A stretch of DNA of 49,556 nucleotides from Flavobacteriaceae bacterium (GTDB taxonomy: Bacteria > Bacteroidota > Bacteroidia > Flavobacteriales_C > GCA-002722245), in contig CAXRIN010000032.1 in assembly GCA_964230605.1 (NCBI GenBank), forward strand, positions 1 to 49,556. The letters are read 5' to 3'. Positions 1 to 9,425 of this stretch are shown here, piece after piece; positions within the stretch are counted from its first letter, which is position 1, and every line of letters begins with the position of its first letter. A model generated the notes under the pieces. It was given only the letters and a program-made list of their open reading frames with translations, searched no databases and was not told where the DNA came from. The translations under genes were made by a program, and so were the position numbers.

Positions 1-41
1 CCGAAAACGGAAGTTCCGTAAAAATGTGTAGTTTTATTCAT
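1..41 (-). CDS. IS4-family transposase, N-terminal fragment (partial)
   Basis: Manual translation from ATG 41-39 gives MNKTTHFYGTSVFG, similar to the N-terminus of Bacteroidota DUF4372-containing IS4 transposases. Only 14 codons are visible. Confidence 0.7.
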   Translation of the reverse strand, partial: MNKTTHFYGTSVF

Positions 42-63
42 AGTAGTATTTATTTCTCAAAAA

Positions 64-71
64 CAAATCTA
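64..71 (-). promoter_or_regulatory. Bacteroidota sigma-A -7 box for the transposase
   Basis: TAGATTTG on the minus strand matches TAnnTTTG, 22 nt upstream of the ATG. Confidence 0.55.
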
Positions 72-231
72 CTAAAAAAGAGAAAGGAAGATTTTATGGT
101 CTTCCTTCTCTTAATTTTTTTATCGGACAACAGTGATTTCTTTTATCGATTTTTGATGTCTTTAATCGTATTTAAAACTCATCCTGACGAAGAGTGTAAT
201 TCTTTTGCGATTAATAGACTATAATTACATT

Positions 232-1062
232 ATGAAAACTCCGCGAATTAGAAGTGTGAACGTGTTGGAGCTTGATCAAGCAATTTTTGATTCTACCTAT
301 CAAATTAGTTTAGAATTAGCCAATATTTTGAATGCTTCATTGCATGTGAGTATGCTTCATACGAAAGAGCAAAAGGAGTTTTATGATACAGTTTACGGAT
401 CAGATTTTACGCAATCCCAAGAAGTGAACGAAAATCAAATATCTGGAATTCTTACAGAAATCAAAAAGAGAGGAGGTTTATTTGATTTTGGATTTTCTAT
501 GGATCATTTTAATGAAGAAGATTCAATTCGTCAAATCTTTGGGAAGCTATCTCCAGAAGAAAGTTTATCGGTTCTTGGATATAATAAATCACCTAAGCAT
601 CAGAAAATCCTAAAGAAGCTTTTAAAGCATGATTTGGGAAATCCAATAATGTTGATTCCCATGGGGAAGAAAGTCGAGAACTTTCATAAATTGATAGTTC
701 CTTTTGATCCAGAATTTATTACCAAAAGAAAATTAATGAATCTTAAATGGTATGCTGATCAATTTGGAGTGATGATTGACTTTGTGCATTTCAAGAAAAC
801 TTCAGAGGAGGCTGAACAAAACCAATTAAAAGAGGTTTATGATATGATCTTTGAATGGGTAAATACTATCGGTTTTTCAAACATAGTTCATTTCCGATTT
901 CCTATTTCTAATAGTTTAAACGAAGGTTTAAAGGATTATTTAAAAGATCAATCTAACTATTTGCTTTGTATTCTCGATAATCAAATAAAAAAGTCTATCT
1001 GTACTAATAGTTCGAGTAATGAGTGTTTGACAGATATAAAAGAAGCTGTTGTCATTCTTTAG
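232..1062 (+). CDS. Divergent tandem universal-stress-protein (USP)-like protein
   Basis: Two-domain USP-like layout (LELANILNASLHVSMLH; NPIMLIP...HKLIVPFD; C-terminal AVVIL). ATG 232 is preferred over TTG 205. Confidence 0.6.
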   Translation: MKTPRIRSVNVLELDQAIFDSTYQISLELANILNASLHVSMLHTKEQKEFYDTVYGSDFTQSQEVNENQISGILTEIKKRGGLFDFGFSMDHFNEEDSIRQIFGKLSPEESLSVLGYNKSPKHQKILKKLLKHDLGNPIMLIPMGKKVENFHKLIVPFDPEFITKRKLMNLKWYADQFGVMIDFVHFKKTSEEAEQNQLKEVYDMIFEWVNTIGFSNIVHFRFPISNSLNEGLKDYLKDQSNYLLCILDNQIKKSICTNSSSNECLTDIKEAVVIL

Positions 1063-1077
1063 TAGTTGAATAATCCT

Positions 1078-1085
1078 TAACTTTG
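1078..1085 (+). promoter_or_regulatory. Bacteroidota -7 promoter box upstream of tatA
   Basis: TAACTTTG matches TAnnTTTG, 19 nt before the ATG. Confidence 0.5.
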
Positions 1086-1104
1086 TTACTCATATTTAAA
1101 TCTT

Positions 1105-1344
1105 ATGATGTTTTTGTTTCTAGGTATGAGTGCGGGTTCAATCTTTGTGATTATACTGGCTATTCTTTTACTTTTTGGTTCTAAAGAACTTCCTACAATT
1201 GCTAGGACACTTGGTAAAGGAATTAGAGAAATTAAAAATGCTACTAGTGAAATTCAAAATGAGGTAGTAAAAGGTACTCAAGGAACAGCTGTTGAGGATC
1301 TTAAAAAAATCAAAGACGATCTTGATGTAACCAAGCATATTTAA
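1105..1344 (+). CDS. tatA: Twin-arginine translocase TatA/TatE subunit
   Basis: TM helix, LLFG hinge, amphipathic helix LPTIARTLGKGIREIK. Confidence 0.9.
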   Translation: MMFLFLGMSAGSIFVIILAILLLFGSKELPTIARTLGKGIREIKNATSEIQNEVVKGTQGTAVEDLKKIKDDLDVTKHI

Positions 1345-1345
1345 G

Positions 1346-2311
1346 ATGGATTTTTTCTGGTTAATTCTTGGTTTTGTAACACTTATTATTGGAGGTGATT
1401 TTTTAGTAAAAGGAGCTGTAGGTTTGGCTTTAAAAGCTGAGGTTTCAACTCTTGTAATTGGAATGACTGTTGTGTCATTTGGAACATCAGCCCCAGAATT
1501 ATTAGTTAGTATGGGTGCAGCCTTTGAGGGAGGAGAGGAAAGCTTAATGAGTATTGGTAATGTAATTGGTTCAAATATTGCCAATTTAGCGCTTGTATTA
1601 GGGGTGACAGCATTAATATTTCCCGTAAAAGTTAAAAAAGTTTCTGTAAGGCAAGATTGGCCCGTAATGTTTTTCTCTACCATTTTATTTATTGTTTTCA
1701 TGGCATTTTTTGATGGTGAAAATTACATCATTAATAGGGTGGAAGGAATCATACTTTTTACACTAATAGTATTGTTCACCGTTTTCATGATTTGGAAATC
1801 AAGAAAGGCTTCGAGAAATGGAGAAGATCTTGAGGAAGATGAAGATATAACTGAAAATAAAGGGAAGCCACTTTGGGCAAATTTGTTTTTTTTAGCCTTA
1901 GGTTGTACAGGTTTGATTTTTGGATCTAATTGGTTGTTAGATGCAGCTACAAGTATTGCAACAGATGCAGGTGTTAGCCCATTTGTAATAGGTGTTACTA
2001 TTTTAGCGTTTGGAACTAGTGTCCCAGAGTTGGCAGCAAGCGCGATTGCTGCATACAGGAAGCAAACCGATATTGCAATAGGTAATTTAATTGGTTCGAA
2101 TATTTTTAATATCCTTTGTGTTGTTGGTTTAACAGGAGCTGTAACAGGAATGCCGTTGAGAAAAGAAGTCCTTGATTTTGACGCTTGGTGGATGTTAGGA
2201 GTTGCATTCGTGATTTTACCATTAATGATTTTTGGCGGTAAAATTTCAAGATTGAAAGGTGCTATTCTTGTACTTACTTATGCTGCCTATATTTTCTTTC
2301 TGATTAAATAA
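1346..2311 (+). CDS. Calcium/sodium antiporter (CaCA, YrbG-like)
   Basis: Two alpha-repeats, GTSAPE..GNVIGSN and GTSVPE..GNLIGSN; about 10 TM segments. Confidence 0.92.
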   Translation: MDFFWLILGFVTLIIGGDFLVKGAVGLALKAEVSTLVIGMTVVSFGTSAPELLVSMGAAFEGGEESLMSIGNVIGSNIANLALVLGVTALIFPVKVKKVSVRQDWPVMFFSTILFIVFMAFFDGENYIINRVEGIILFTLIVLFTVFMIWKSRKASRNGEDLEEDEDITENKGKPLWANLFFLALGCTGLIFGSNWLLDAATSIATDAGVSPFVIGVTILAFGTSVPELAASAIAAYRKQTDIAIGNLIGSNIFNILCVVGLTGAVTGMPLRKEVLDFDAWWMLGVAFVILPLMIFGGKISRLKGAILVLTYAAYIFFLIK

Positions 2312-2378
2312 TTTTCTTGCTTTTCAATCTTAAAATTGAGCTTTGTGGTTATCTTTATTTCACCACAAATTCGCTAAT

Positions 2379-4562
2379 ATGTCAACGCTTAGATTCAAAG
2401 CTTTAGAGGTTTTAATGAACCGTAATCCTAATGAAAACAATTTTGAAAATAATGCTAATTATGCCGAAATATTTGGCGCCAATGTTTTTAGCTTGGATAA
2501 AATGAAGGAGTTACTTCCGCTGGGAGCTCTAAAGATGGTAGAAAATGCAATCAAATTTGGTGATAAGATCGACATTAAAGTAGCGGGAGATGTTGCAAAT
2601 GCAATGAAAATATGGGCTGTTTCCAAAGGCGCAACGCATTATACACACTGGTTTCAACCATTAACTGGATCTACAGCAGAAAAACATGATGCATTTTTTG
2701 AACCCCTTGGAGATGGATCTGCTATTGAGAAGTTTGAAGGGAAAAGCTTAGTTCAACAGGAACCAGATGCTTCTTCCTTTCCTAGTGGAGGTTTAAGAAA
2801 TACTTTCGAAGCAAGAGGATATACTGCTTGGGATCCTTCTTCACCGGCTTTTATATTTGGAAAAACATTATGTATTCCTACCATTTTTGTTAGTTATACA
2901 GGTGAATCTTTAGATTTCAAATCACCTTTGTTAAAGGCCTTAAGTGCTGTAGGCGAAGCAGCAACAGGTGTAGCGCAATATTTCGACAAAGAAGTTCAAA
3001 GAGTACAAGCTACCTTGGGTTGGGAACAAGAGTTTTTCCTAGTGGATACGGCTTTGTATTCAGCTCGTCCTGATATGCAGTTGACAGGGAGAACATTGTT
3101 TGGTTTAGGGTCTCCTAAAAATCAGCAATTGAACGATAATTACTTTGGTTCAATCAATTCAAGAACAATGAATTTTCTATCTGAAGTTGAGGTTGAGGCT
3201 TTGCAGCTAGGAATTCCAGTAAAAACAAGGCATAACGAAGTTGCACCAATGCAATTTGAGGTTGCTCCAGCTTTTGAAGAATGTAACCTGGCAGTAGATC
3301 ATAATCAACTTTTAATTGAGTTGATGAAGAAGATTGCCAGAAGGCATAATTTTAGAGTGATATTTCATGAAAAGCCATATCAAGGAATTAATGGGTCAGG
3401 AAAGCATAATAACTGGAGTTTGAAAACCGATTTGGGAGTTAATCTGTTAAAGCCTGGGAAGAATCCACGTCAAAATTTACAATTCTTAACCTTTTTAGTA
3501 TGTGCAATCAAAGCAATACATGATTATGGAGATATATTGAGGTCTTCAATGGCTTCTCCAGGAAATGATTTGAGGTTAGGGACAGGAGAAGCGCCTCCTG
3601 GTATTATGTCGGTTTTTATTGGAGAGGAATTGACAAAAAAACTAGATGAAATTGAATCTAAAATTAGAGGAGGTAAAATGACTCCTGAGGAAAAAACAGA
3701 AATTAAATTAAACATTGGAAAAATTCCTCAGTTGTTAATTGATAATACTGATAGTAATAGAACCTCTCCTTTTGCCTTTACAGGTGATAAATTTGAAATT
3801 AGATCTGTAGGTTCAACGCTAAACTGTTCATCGGTTATGACGGCCATAAATACGATGATGGCTAAAGTATTATCAGACTTTAAAAATGAGGTTGATAAGA
3901 AAATAGATCAAGGTTTAAAGAAAGACGAAGCTATTTTTGAAATTCTTAGAAAGTTTATTATCGCTTCCAAAAAAATAAGGTTTGATGGTGATGGATACAG
4001 TAAGGAATGGGAAAAAGAAGCCAAAAAAAGAGGTTTAAGCAATGTCCCAAAGTCGGTTTATGCATATGAAGAAATGATTGGAGAAACTTCTGTGAAGTTG
4101 TTCTCTGATATGAAAGTAATGTCTAAATCAGAATTAGAAGCAAGGTATAACATCAATGTTGAGAATTATCAAAAAATCATTCAAATTGAAGCCCGAGTTT
4201 TGGGTGATATTGCCATAAATCATATTATCCCAACGGCTCTTAATTATCAAACTGAGTTATTAAAAAATGTTCAGTCGCTAAAAGAGGTTTTAGGAGATGG
4301 GGTTGGTGTTAAAACGCAAATTCAAACCATAAGAGAAATCTCTGATAGAGTAGAAGCAATACATCAAAAAGTAGCAGCTTTAGTGGAAGAAAGAAAAAAG
4401 CTTAATCCAGTTAAAAATACCGAAAAGAGAGCTAAATTGTATTGTGAGAAGGTGATTCCGTATTTTGAAGAAATAAGATACGAAGCAGATAAGCTGGAAC
4501 AAATAGTAGATGATAAGTTATGGCCACTTCCAAAGTATAGAGAATTGCTTTTTGCCCGATGA
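2379..4562 (+). CDS. glnN: Glutamine synthetase type III
   Basis: [46 protein letters not shown] motifs; about 727 aa from ATG 2379. Confidence 0.92.
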   Translation: [727 protein letters not shown]

Positions 4563-4850
4563 TTTTGTAAAAGTGAATTGTCATTTACCTGAATCTTAAA
4601 TTTATCATGGTTATCTGTTAATCCTTGGTTTGTATCTTTTTATTAAGAGATACATTATAGTTTAAAATTAAATTATTGTACCTGCCAGTTTGATGATTTA
4701 GTTAATGGTAATTCGGTTAGTTTTACTGAGGATTTGAGTGGTTCGAATTAACAACCGCGGAAACTCTGGTTCTTTTGGTAGTTCTTCAAAAATTATTATT
4801 ACTTTTAGGGCTTATTTGGTATAGTACACTAGGTTAAAAAACTTTTAAGT

Positions 4851-7031
4851 ATGAGATTAAACAAACTACTAACTATCTTATTGGTGACTGTGTTTACATT
4901 GGGGTCGATGGCACAGCATAAATTGACTAAGAAAGGAGATAGCGCATTTGAAAAGGGGTATTGGAATGCTGCTATTGAAAACTACAAACTAGCTTTAAAG
5001 AAAGAAAAAGATTCCGAAATCAAACTTAAAATAATGTACAACTTAGGTCAGTCCTATGCTGGTGCGAAAGAGTACAAAAATGCGGTTACTTGGTTTAAGA
5101 AAGTGGAAACTAAGGGGAAGTCTTTCTTGAGTGATCATCCTGAAGTTTTATTAAAAATGGCTGAAGCGTACAAGTCAATGGAGAAGTACGAAGAAGCTAT
5201 GGGAAGTTACAAATCGTACACTGAAATTAAGCCAGATGATGAGAGTGGTAAAAAAGGAGCTAAATCTTGTGAGTTAGCTATTAAATGGACTGATAAACCA
5301 TCAAGATATAAAGTTGAAAATGTTCGTCAACTAAATTCAAAATTCGATGATGCTATTCCTGCTTATTCAAACAGTAGATACAAAGAAATTGTTTTCCAAT
5401 CTTATCGCTCAGGAGCTGTAGGGAAAGGAGAAAATGACGTAAACGGTCAGGCTTATCCTGATATCTACACTTCAAGTTTAGATAAAAACGGTAAATGGTC
5501 ACCAGCTGCGCCGATTGAAGGAGATAGTAAAATTGGTGTAAATACAGAGTTCGCGGAAGGTGGACCAGCTATGAACGAAAAAATGAATACACTTTACTTT
5601 ACAAGATGTAAGAATTTTGATGGTAAAGAAAAGAAAGAAAAAAGCTGTCAGTTATACTACTCAAAGAAAAGAGGTAAAGCATACGGTGAAGCTATTATGT
5701 TGCCACTTGGTAATGATTCATTAATTGTTGCACACCCTGCTTTAACGAATAATGATCAAACTCTCTACTTCGTTTCTAATATGAAAGGAGGAATGGGCGG
5801 TAAAGATATTTGGGTTGCTGATTTTGATAAAAAGGAGAAGACGTGGGTGAATGTTAGGAATTTAGGGCCAGAAGTGAATACTCCTGGAGATGAGTTGTAT
5901 CCATTTGTGCATGCAGATGGGACGTTATATTTCTCTTCTAATGGGCACGTTGGAATTGGAGGTTTTGATATTTTTAAGGTAGAGAAATTGGAAGATGGTT
6001 GGGGACCAGTTGTGAATATGAAAGTTCCAATTAACTCTTCTGCTGATGATATTCAAATTGTTTTTGAAAAAGAATCTGAAAGAGGTTACCTAACTTCAAA
6101 TAGAGAAGGAGGTAGAGGTAGAATGGATATTTGGTCATTTAATTTACCTAAGTTAGTGTTGTTTGTTTCTGGTGTTGTGAAGGATAAGCTTACTAAGGAA
6201 ATTCTTCCTAACTCAAAAGTAACAATGACTGGTTCTGATGGTTCTTCAGTTGAAGCTGTTTCTGATGAAACTGGCGCTTACAAGTTTACTTTAATGCCAA
6301 ATACTACGTACCAAATTCAGGCTGATAATGATATGACTCTTGCAAACCAGTTCGGAGTTCAGGTTAAGAAATATTTTGCTTCAGAAAAAGCATTAATTTC
6401 AACTATCGGAGTTGAGGAGTCTAAAACGTTTATTCAAGATTTAGAATTAGAGCCAATCCCTGTAACTGGAATCGAATTACCAAACATTGTTTACGTATTT
6501 AACAAATGGGATTTGATGGAAGAATCTAAATTGAAATTAAATGGTTTAGTTGAAACTTTAAAAGATAACCCAACTTTAGTTATTGAGTTAAGTTCTCATA
6601 CTGACTTTAGAGGTTCTGCTGAATATAACCGAAACTTAGCTCAAAAGCGTGCTCAATCTGCAGTAAACTACTTGATTTCAAAAGGAATTGATAAAGAAAG
6701 AATGGTTGCTAAAGGTTATGGTGAAGATCAGCCGAAAACAATCGATTCAGCTTATGTAGAGAAATCTTACTTCGGAAAAGATGGTAAGCAGCCAACAGCA
6801 TCTAATTACTCAACAATCACAAAAAGAGGAAAGAGTGTTTCGGCATCTTTTGAAGAGCAAAAAGCAACTTTCGTAGCTGGAATGAAATTGGATGAAGCAA
6901 CAATTACATCATTGAAAACTGAAGGTCTTCAAGAATGTGCTCACCAAATGAACAGACGTACTGAGTTTAAAGTTCTTCGTACGGATTATAAGCCTGGGCA
7001 AACTGCTCAAGGTGTTGGAGAAAAGAAGTAG
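4851..7031 (+). CDS. PorE-like OmpA-family protein (TPR - PD40 propeller - carboxypeptidase-regulatory-like - OmpA_C), T9SS-associated
   Basis: Signal peptide, TPR-like helices, PD40 repeats (LYFVSN..GGMGGKDIW; NLGPEVNTPGDE), OmpA_C motifs SHTDFRG..YNRNLAQKRA and NRRTEF. Confidence 0.85.
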   Translation: MRLNKLLTILLVTVFTLGSMAQHKLTKKGDSAFEKGYWNAAIENYKLALKKEKDSEIKLKIMYNLGQSYAGAKEYKNAVTWFKKVETKGKSFLSDHPEVLLKMAEAYKSMEKYEEAMGSYKSYTEIKPDDESGKKGAKSCELAIKWTDKPSRYKVENVRQLNSKFDDAIPAYSNSRYKEIVFQSYRSGAVGKGENDVNGQAYPDIYTSSLDKNGKWSPAAPIEGDSKIGVNTEFAEGGPAMNEKMNTLYFTRCKNFDGKEKKEKSCQLYYSKKRGKAYGEAIMLPLGNDSLIVAHPALTNNDQTLYFVSNMKGGMGGKDIWVADFDKKEKTWVNVRNLGPEVNTPGDELYPFVHADGTLYFSSNGHVGIGGFDIFKVEKLEDGWGPVVNMKVPINSSADDIQIVFEKESERGYLTSNREGGRGRMDIWSFNLPKLVLFVSGVVKDKLTKEILPNSKVTMTGSDGSSVEAVSDETGAYKFTLMPNTTYQIQADNDMTLANQFGVQVKKYFASEKALISTIGVEESKTFIQDLELEPIPVTGIELPNIVYVFNKWDLMEESKLKLNGLVETLKDNPTLVIELSSHTDFRGSAEYNRNLAQKRAQSAVNYLISKGIDKERMVAKGYGEDQPKTIDSAYVEKSYFGKDGKQPTASNYSTITKRGKSVSASFEEQKATFVAGMKLDEATITSLKTEGLQECAHQMNRRTEFKVLRTDYKPGQTAQGVGEKK

Positions 7032-7051
7032 ATAAAATTCAATAAATAATT

Positions 7052-7085
7052 AAGCATCCTGACGATTTCGTCAGGATGCTTTTTA
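7052..7085 (+). terminator. Intrinsic terminator
   Basis: AAGCATCCTGACG-ATTT-CGTCAGGATGCTT, a 13-bp perfect stem followed by a T-run. Confidence 0.8.
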
Positions 7086-7094
7086 TGTTTTAAA

Positions 7095-8264
7095 ATGGCA
7101 ACAGAATCTAGATACGACGCAAGAGGTGTTTCTGCATCAAAAGAAGATGTACATAACGCAATTAAAAACATCGATAAAGGACTTTATCCTAAGGCATTTT
7201 GTAAAATTGTTCCTGATGTTTTAGGAGGAGATGATGATTATTGTACAATTATGCATGCTGATGGAGCGGGGACCAAAAGTTCGTTAGCTTACATGTATTG
7301 GAAAGAAACTGGCGATATGTCGGTTTGGAAGGGAATTGCACAGGATGCAATTATTATGAATACTGATGACTTACTTTGTGTTGGTGCAATTGATAATATA
7401 TTATTGTCTAGTACAATTGGAAGAAATAAAAATCTTGTTCCTGGAGAAGTAATTGCTGCTTTAATAAATGGTACTGAGGAGGTTTTACAAAACTTACGTG
7501 ACAACGGAATAGGAATATATTCAACTGGAGGTGAGACTGCTGATGTTGGTGACTTGGTTAGAACGCTAATTGTTGATTCTACTGTAACTGCTAGGATGAA
7601 GAAATCTGACGTGATTTCAAATGATAATATCAAAGGAGGAGACGTTATAGTTGGTTTAGCTAGTCATGGACAAGCAACATACGAAACAGAATATAACGGT
7701 GGTATGGGGAGTAACGGTTTAACCTCTGCCCGACATGATGTTTTTAGTAAATATTTAGCAGAGAAATTCCCTGAAAGTTTTGATCCTGGAGTTCCTTCTG
7801 ATTTAGTTTATTCTGGATCTAAAAAGTTAACAGAAGAGGTTTCTGGAACCGGAGTTACTGCTGGTAAATTAGTTTTGTCGCCAACTAGAACATATGCACC
7901 AATAATTAAGAAAGTTCTTGATGAATATAGAGGTGTAGTTAATGGAATGGTTCACTGTAGTGGTGGAGCGCAAACGAAGGTGATGCATTTTGTGGATGGT
8001 GTACATGTGATTAAGGATAATTTCTTCTCAATTCCTCCATTATTTAAAATGATTCAGGAGGAATCTGGTACGGATTGGAAAGAGATGTACAAAGTGTTCA
8101 ATATGGGGCATAGAATGGAGGTTTACCTTTCAGAACAATATGCTCAAGGAATTATTGAAATTTCAAAATCATTTGGCGTAGATGCTCAAATTGTAGGTAG
8201 AGTTGAGAACTCAGCAACAAATAAATTAACTTTAAAATCAGAGTTTGGAACTTTTGAATACTAA
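7095..8264 (+). CDS. purM: Phosphoribosylformylglycinamidine cyclo-ligase (Bacteroidota-type AIR synthase)
   Basis: YDARGVS, HADGAGTK, GGETADVG, SNGLT, FNMG motifs. Confidence 0.92.
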   Translation: MATESRYDARGVSASKEDVHNAIKNIDKGLYPKAFCKIVPDVLGGDDDYCTIMHADGAGTKSSLAYMYWKETGDMSVWKGIAQDAIIMNTDDLLCVGAIDNILLSSTIGRNKNLVPGEVIAALINGTEEVLQNLRDNGIGIYSTGGETADVGDLVRTLIVDSTVTARMKKSDVISNDNIKGGDVIVGLASHGQATYETEYNGGMGSNGLTSARHDVFSKYLAEKFPESFDPGVPSDLVYSGSKKLTEEVSGTGVTAGKLVLSPTRTYAPIIKKVLDEYRGVVNGMVHCSGGAQTKVMHFVDGVHVIKDNFFSIPPLFKMIQEESGTDWKEMYKVFNMGHRMEVYLSEQYAQGIIEISKSFGVDAQIVGRVENSATNKLTLKSEFGTFEY

Positions 8265-8270
8265 GATTTT

Positions 8271-9344
8271 ATGTTAGATAAATTAGCGGAAATAAATGTA
8301 AGGTTTGAAGAGGTTGGAGAAAAACTGACTATGCCAGATGTTGTGGCGGATCAGAAGAAATTCGCTGAATTAAGTAAGCAATTTAAAGATCTTGAACCTA
8401 TAGTTAAAGTATACAAAGAGTACAAAAATGTTCTTGATAATATAGAGTCATCAAAGGAAATTTTGGAGATTGAAGATGATCCGGAAATGAAAGAGATGGC
8501 CAAAATGGAGATTGAGGAATTGTCGTCCAAGAAAGATGAAATGGATGAAGAAATTAAGATACTTCTTATTCCTAAAGATCCTGCAGATGACAAGAACTGT
8601 ATTATTGAATTAAGAGCTGGTACAGGAGGAGATGAGGCTTGTATTTTTGTTGAAGACATGTATAGAATGTATACAATGTACTTTAAAACAATGGGCTGGA
8701 AGTCGGAAATTATCAATTCTACAGAAGGTACTGTTAAAGGATATAAAGAAATTTCAATGGAAGTTTCAGGAGAAGGTGTATATGGTACCATGAAATATGA
8801 GTCTGGTGTTCACCGTGTTCAAAGGGTTCCTGAAACTGAATCTCAAGGAAGAGTTCATACTTCCGCTATTACAATTGCTGTTATGCCTGAGGCGGAAGAG
8901 ATAGATTTTGAATTGAATTTGAAAGATGTTCGTAAAGATACTTTTAGAGCATCAGGGGCTGGAGGTCAGCACGTAAATAAAACTGAATCGGCAATTCGTT
9001 TAACGCATATTCCAACTAATACAGTTGTTGAATGTCAAGATGGAAGGTCGCAGCATCAAAACTATGATAAAGCCCTTCAGGTTTTAAGGTCTCGATTATA
9101 TCAAGCTCTTTTAGATGAACAAAATTCTGAGATTTCTGCAACTAGAAAAGCTCTTGTTGGTTCAGGGGATAGATCGGCAAAAATCAGAACTTACAATTAC
9201 CCTCAAGGAAGAGTTACAGATCATAGAATTAATAAGACAATTTATAATTTGTCTAATTACATGAATGGTGATGTTCAGGATATGTTTGATGCTATGAAAA
9301 TGGCTGAGACAGCTGAGAAAATGAAAGAAGGGGAAAGCTTTTAA
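8271..9344 (+). CDS. prfA: Peptide chain release factor 1
   Basis: PxT motif (RVPETE), GGQ motif, RTYNYPQGRVTDHR. Confidence 0.97.
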   Translation: MLDKLAEINVRFEEVGEKLTMPDVVADQKKFAELSKQFKDLEPIVKVYKEYKNVLDNIESSKEILEIEDDPEMKEMAKMEIEELSSKKDEMDEEIKILLIPKDPADDKNCIIELRAGTGGDEACIFVEDMYRMYTMYFKTMGWKSEIINSTEGTVKGYKEISMEVSGEGVYGTMKYESGVHRVQRVPETESQGRVHTSAITIAVMPEAEEIDFELNLKDVRKDTFRASGAGGQHVNKTESAIRLTHIPTNTVVECQDGRSQHQNYDKALQVLRSRLYQALLDEQNSEISATRKALVGSGDRSAKIRTYNYPQGRVTDHRINKTIYNLSNYMNGDVQDMFDAMKMAETAEKMKEGESF

Positions 9345-9347
9345 AAT

Positions 9348-9425
9348 AGTTTGAAGTTCGAAGTTTGAAGTTCGAAGTAATTCGCGCTCCAACTACGAAC
9401 TGTGAACTGCAAACTACGAACTATG
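9348..9425. repeat. Inverted heptamer tandem-repeat element
   Basis: (AGTTYGA)x4 + AGT, 12-nt spacer, then AACTACG AACTGTG AACTGCA AACTACG AACTATG; the two arms are near-complementary. Confidence 0.9.

Larger units (their letters stand above)
1..135 (-). mobile_element. Left end of an IS4-family (DUF4372-type) insertion sequence, truncated by the window edge
   Basis: The minus strand reads CACTGTTGTCCGATAAAA from 135, resembling Bacteroidota IS4 terminal inverted repeats. It is followed by a TAnnTTTG promoter box (71-64) and a transposase-like N-terminus starting at 41. Confidence 0.75.

Noticed and set aside
24-224. 66-aa + strand ORF
   Set aside because: It overlaps the IS end and transposase start on the opposite strand and has no recognisable motif.
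1168-1701. 177-aa antisense ORF and the many similar short ORFs overlapping known genes (e.g. 7289, 8351, 22884, 23935, 29932, 44602)
   Set aside because: Shadow frames of well-supported genes, with no independent coding evidence.
4563-4850. 288-bp intergenic region as a riboswitch or sRNA
   Set aside because: No recognisable aptamer or strong structure by eye; an Rfam search would be needed.
9402-9422. N-terminal extensions given by the ORF track for pyrF (also rpsU 17932, secE 21367, glnN 2343)
   Set aside because: The extensions run through repeats, a promoter or a tRNA; the downstream starts match family N-termini.
9348-9425. Heptamer arrays as a CRISPR array
   Set aside because: The units are 7 nt with no unique spacers, and there are no cas genes in the window.
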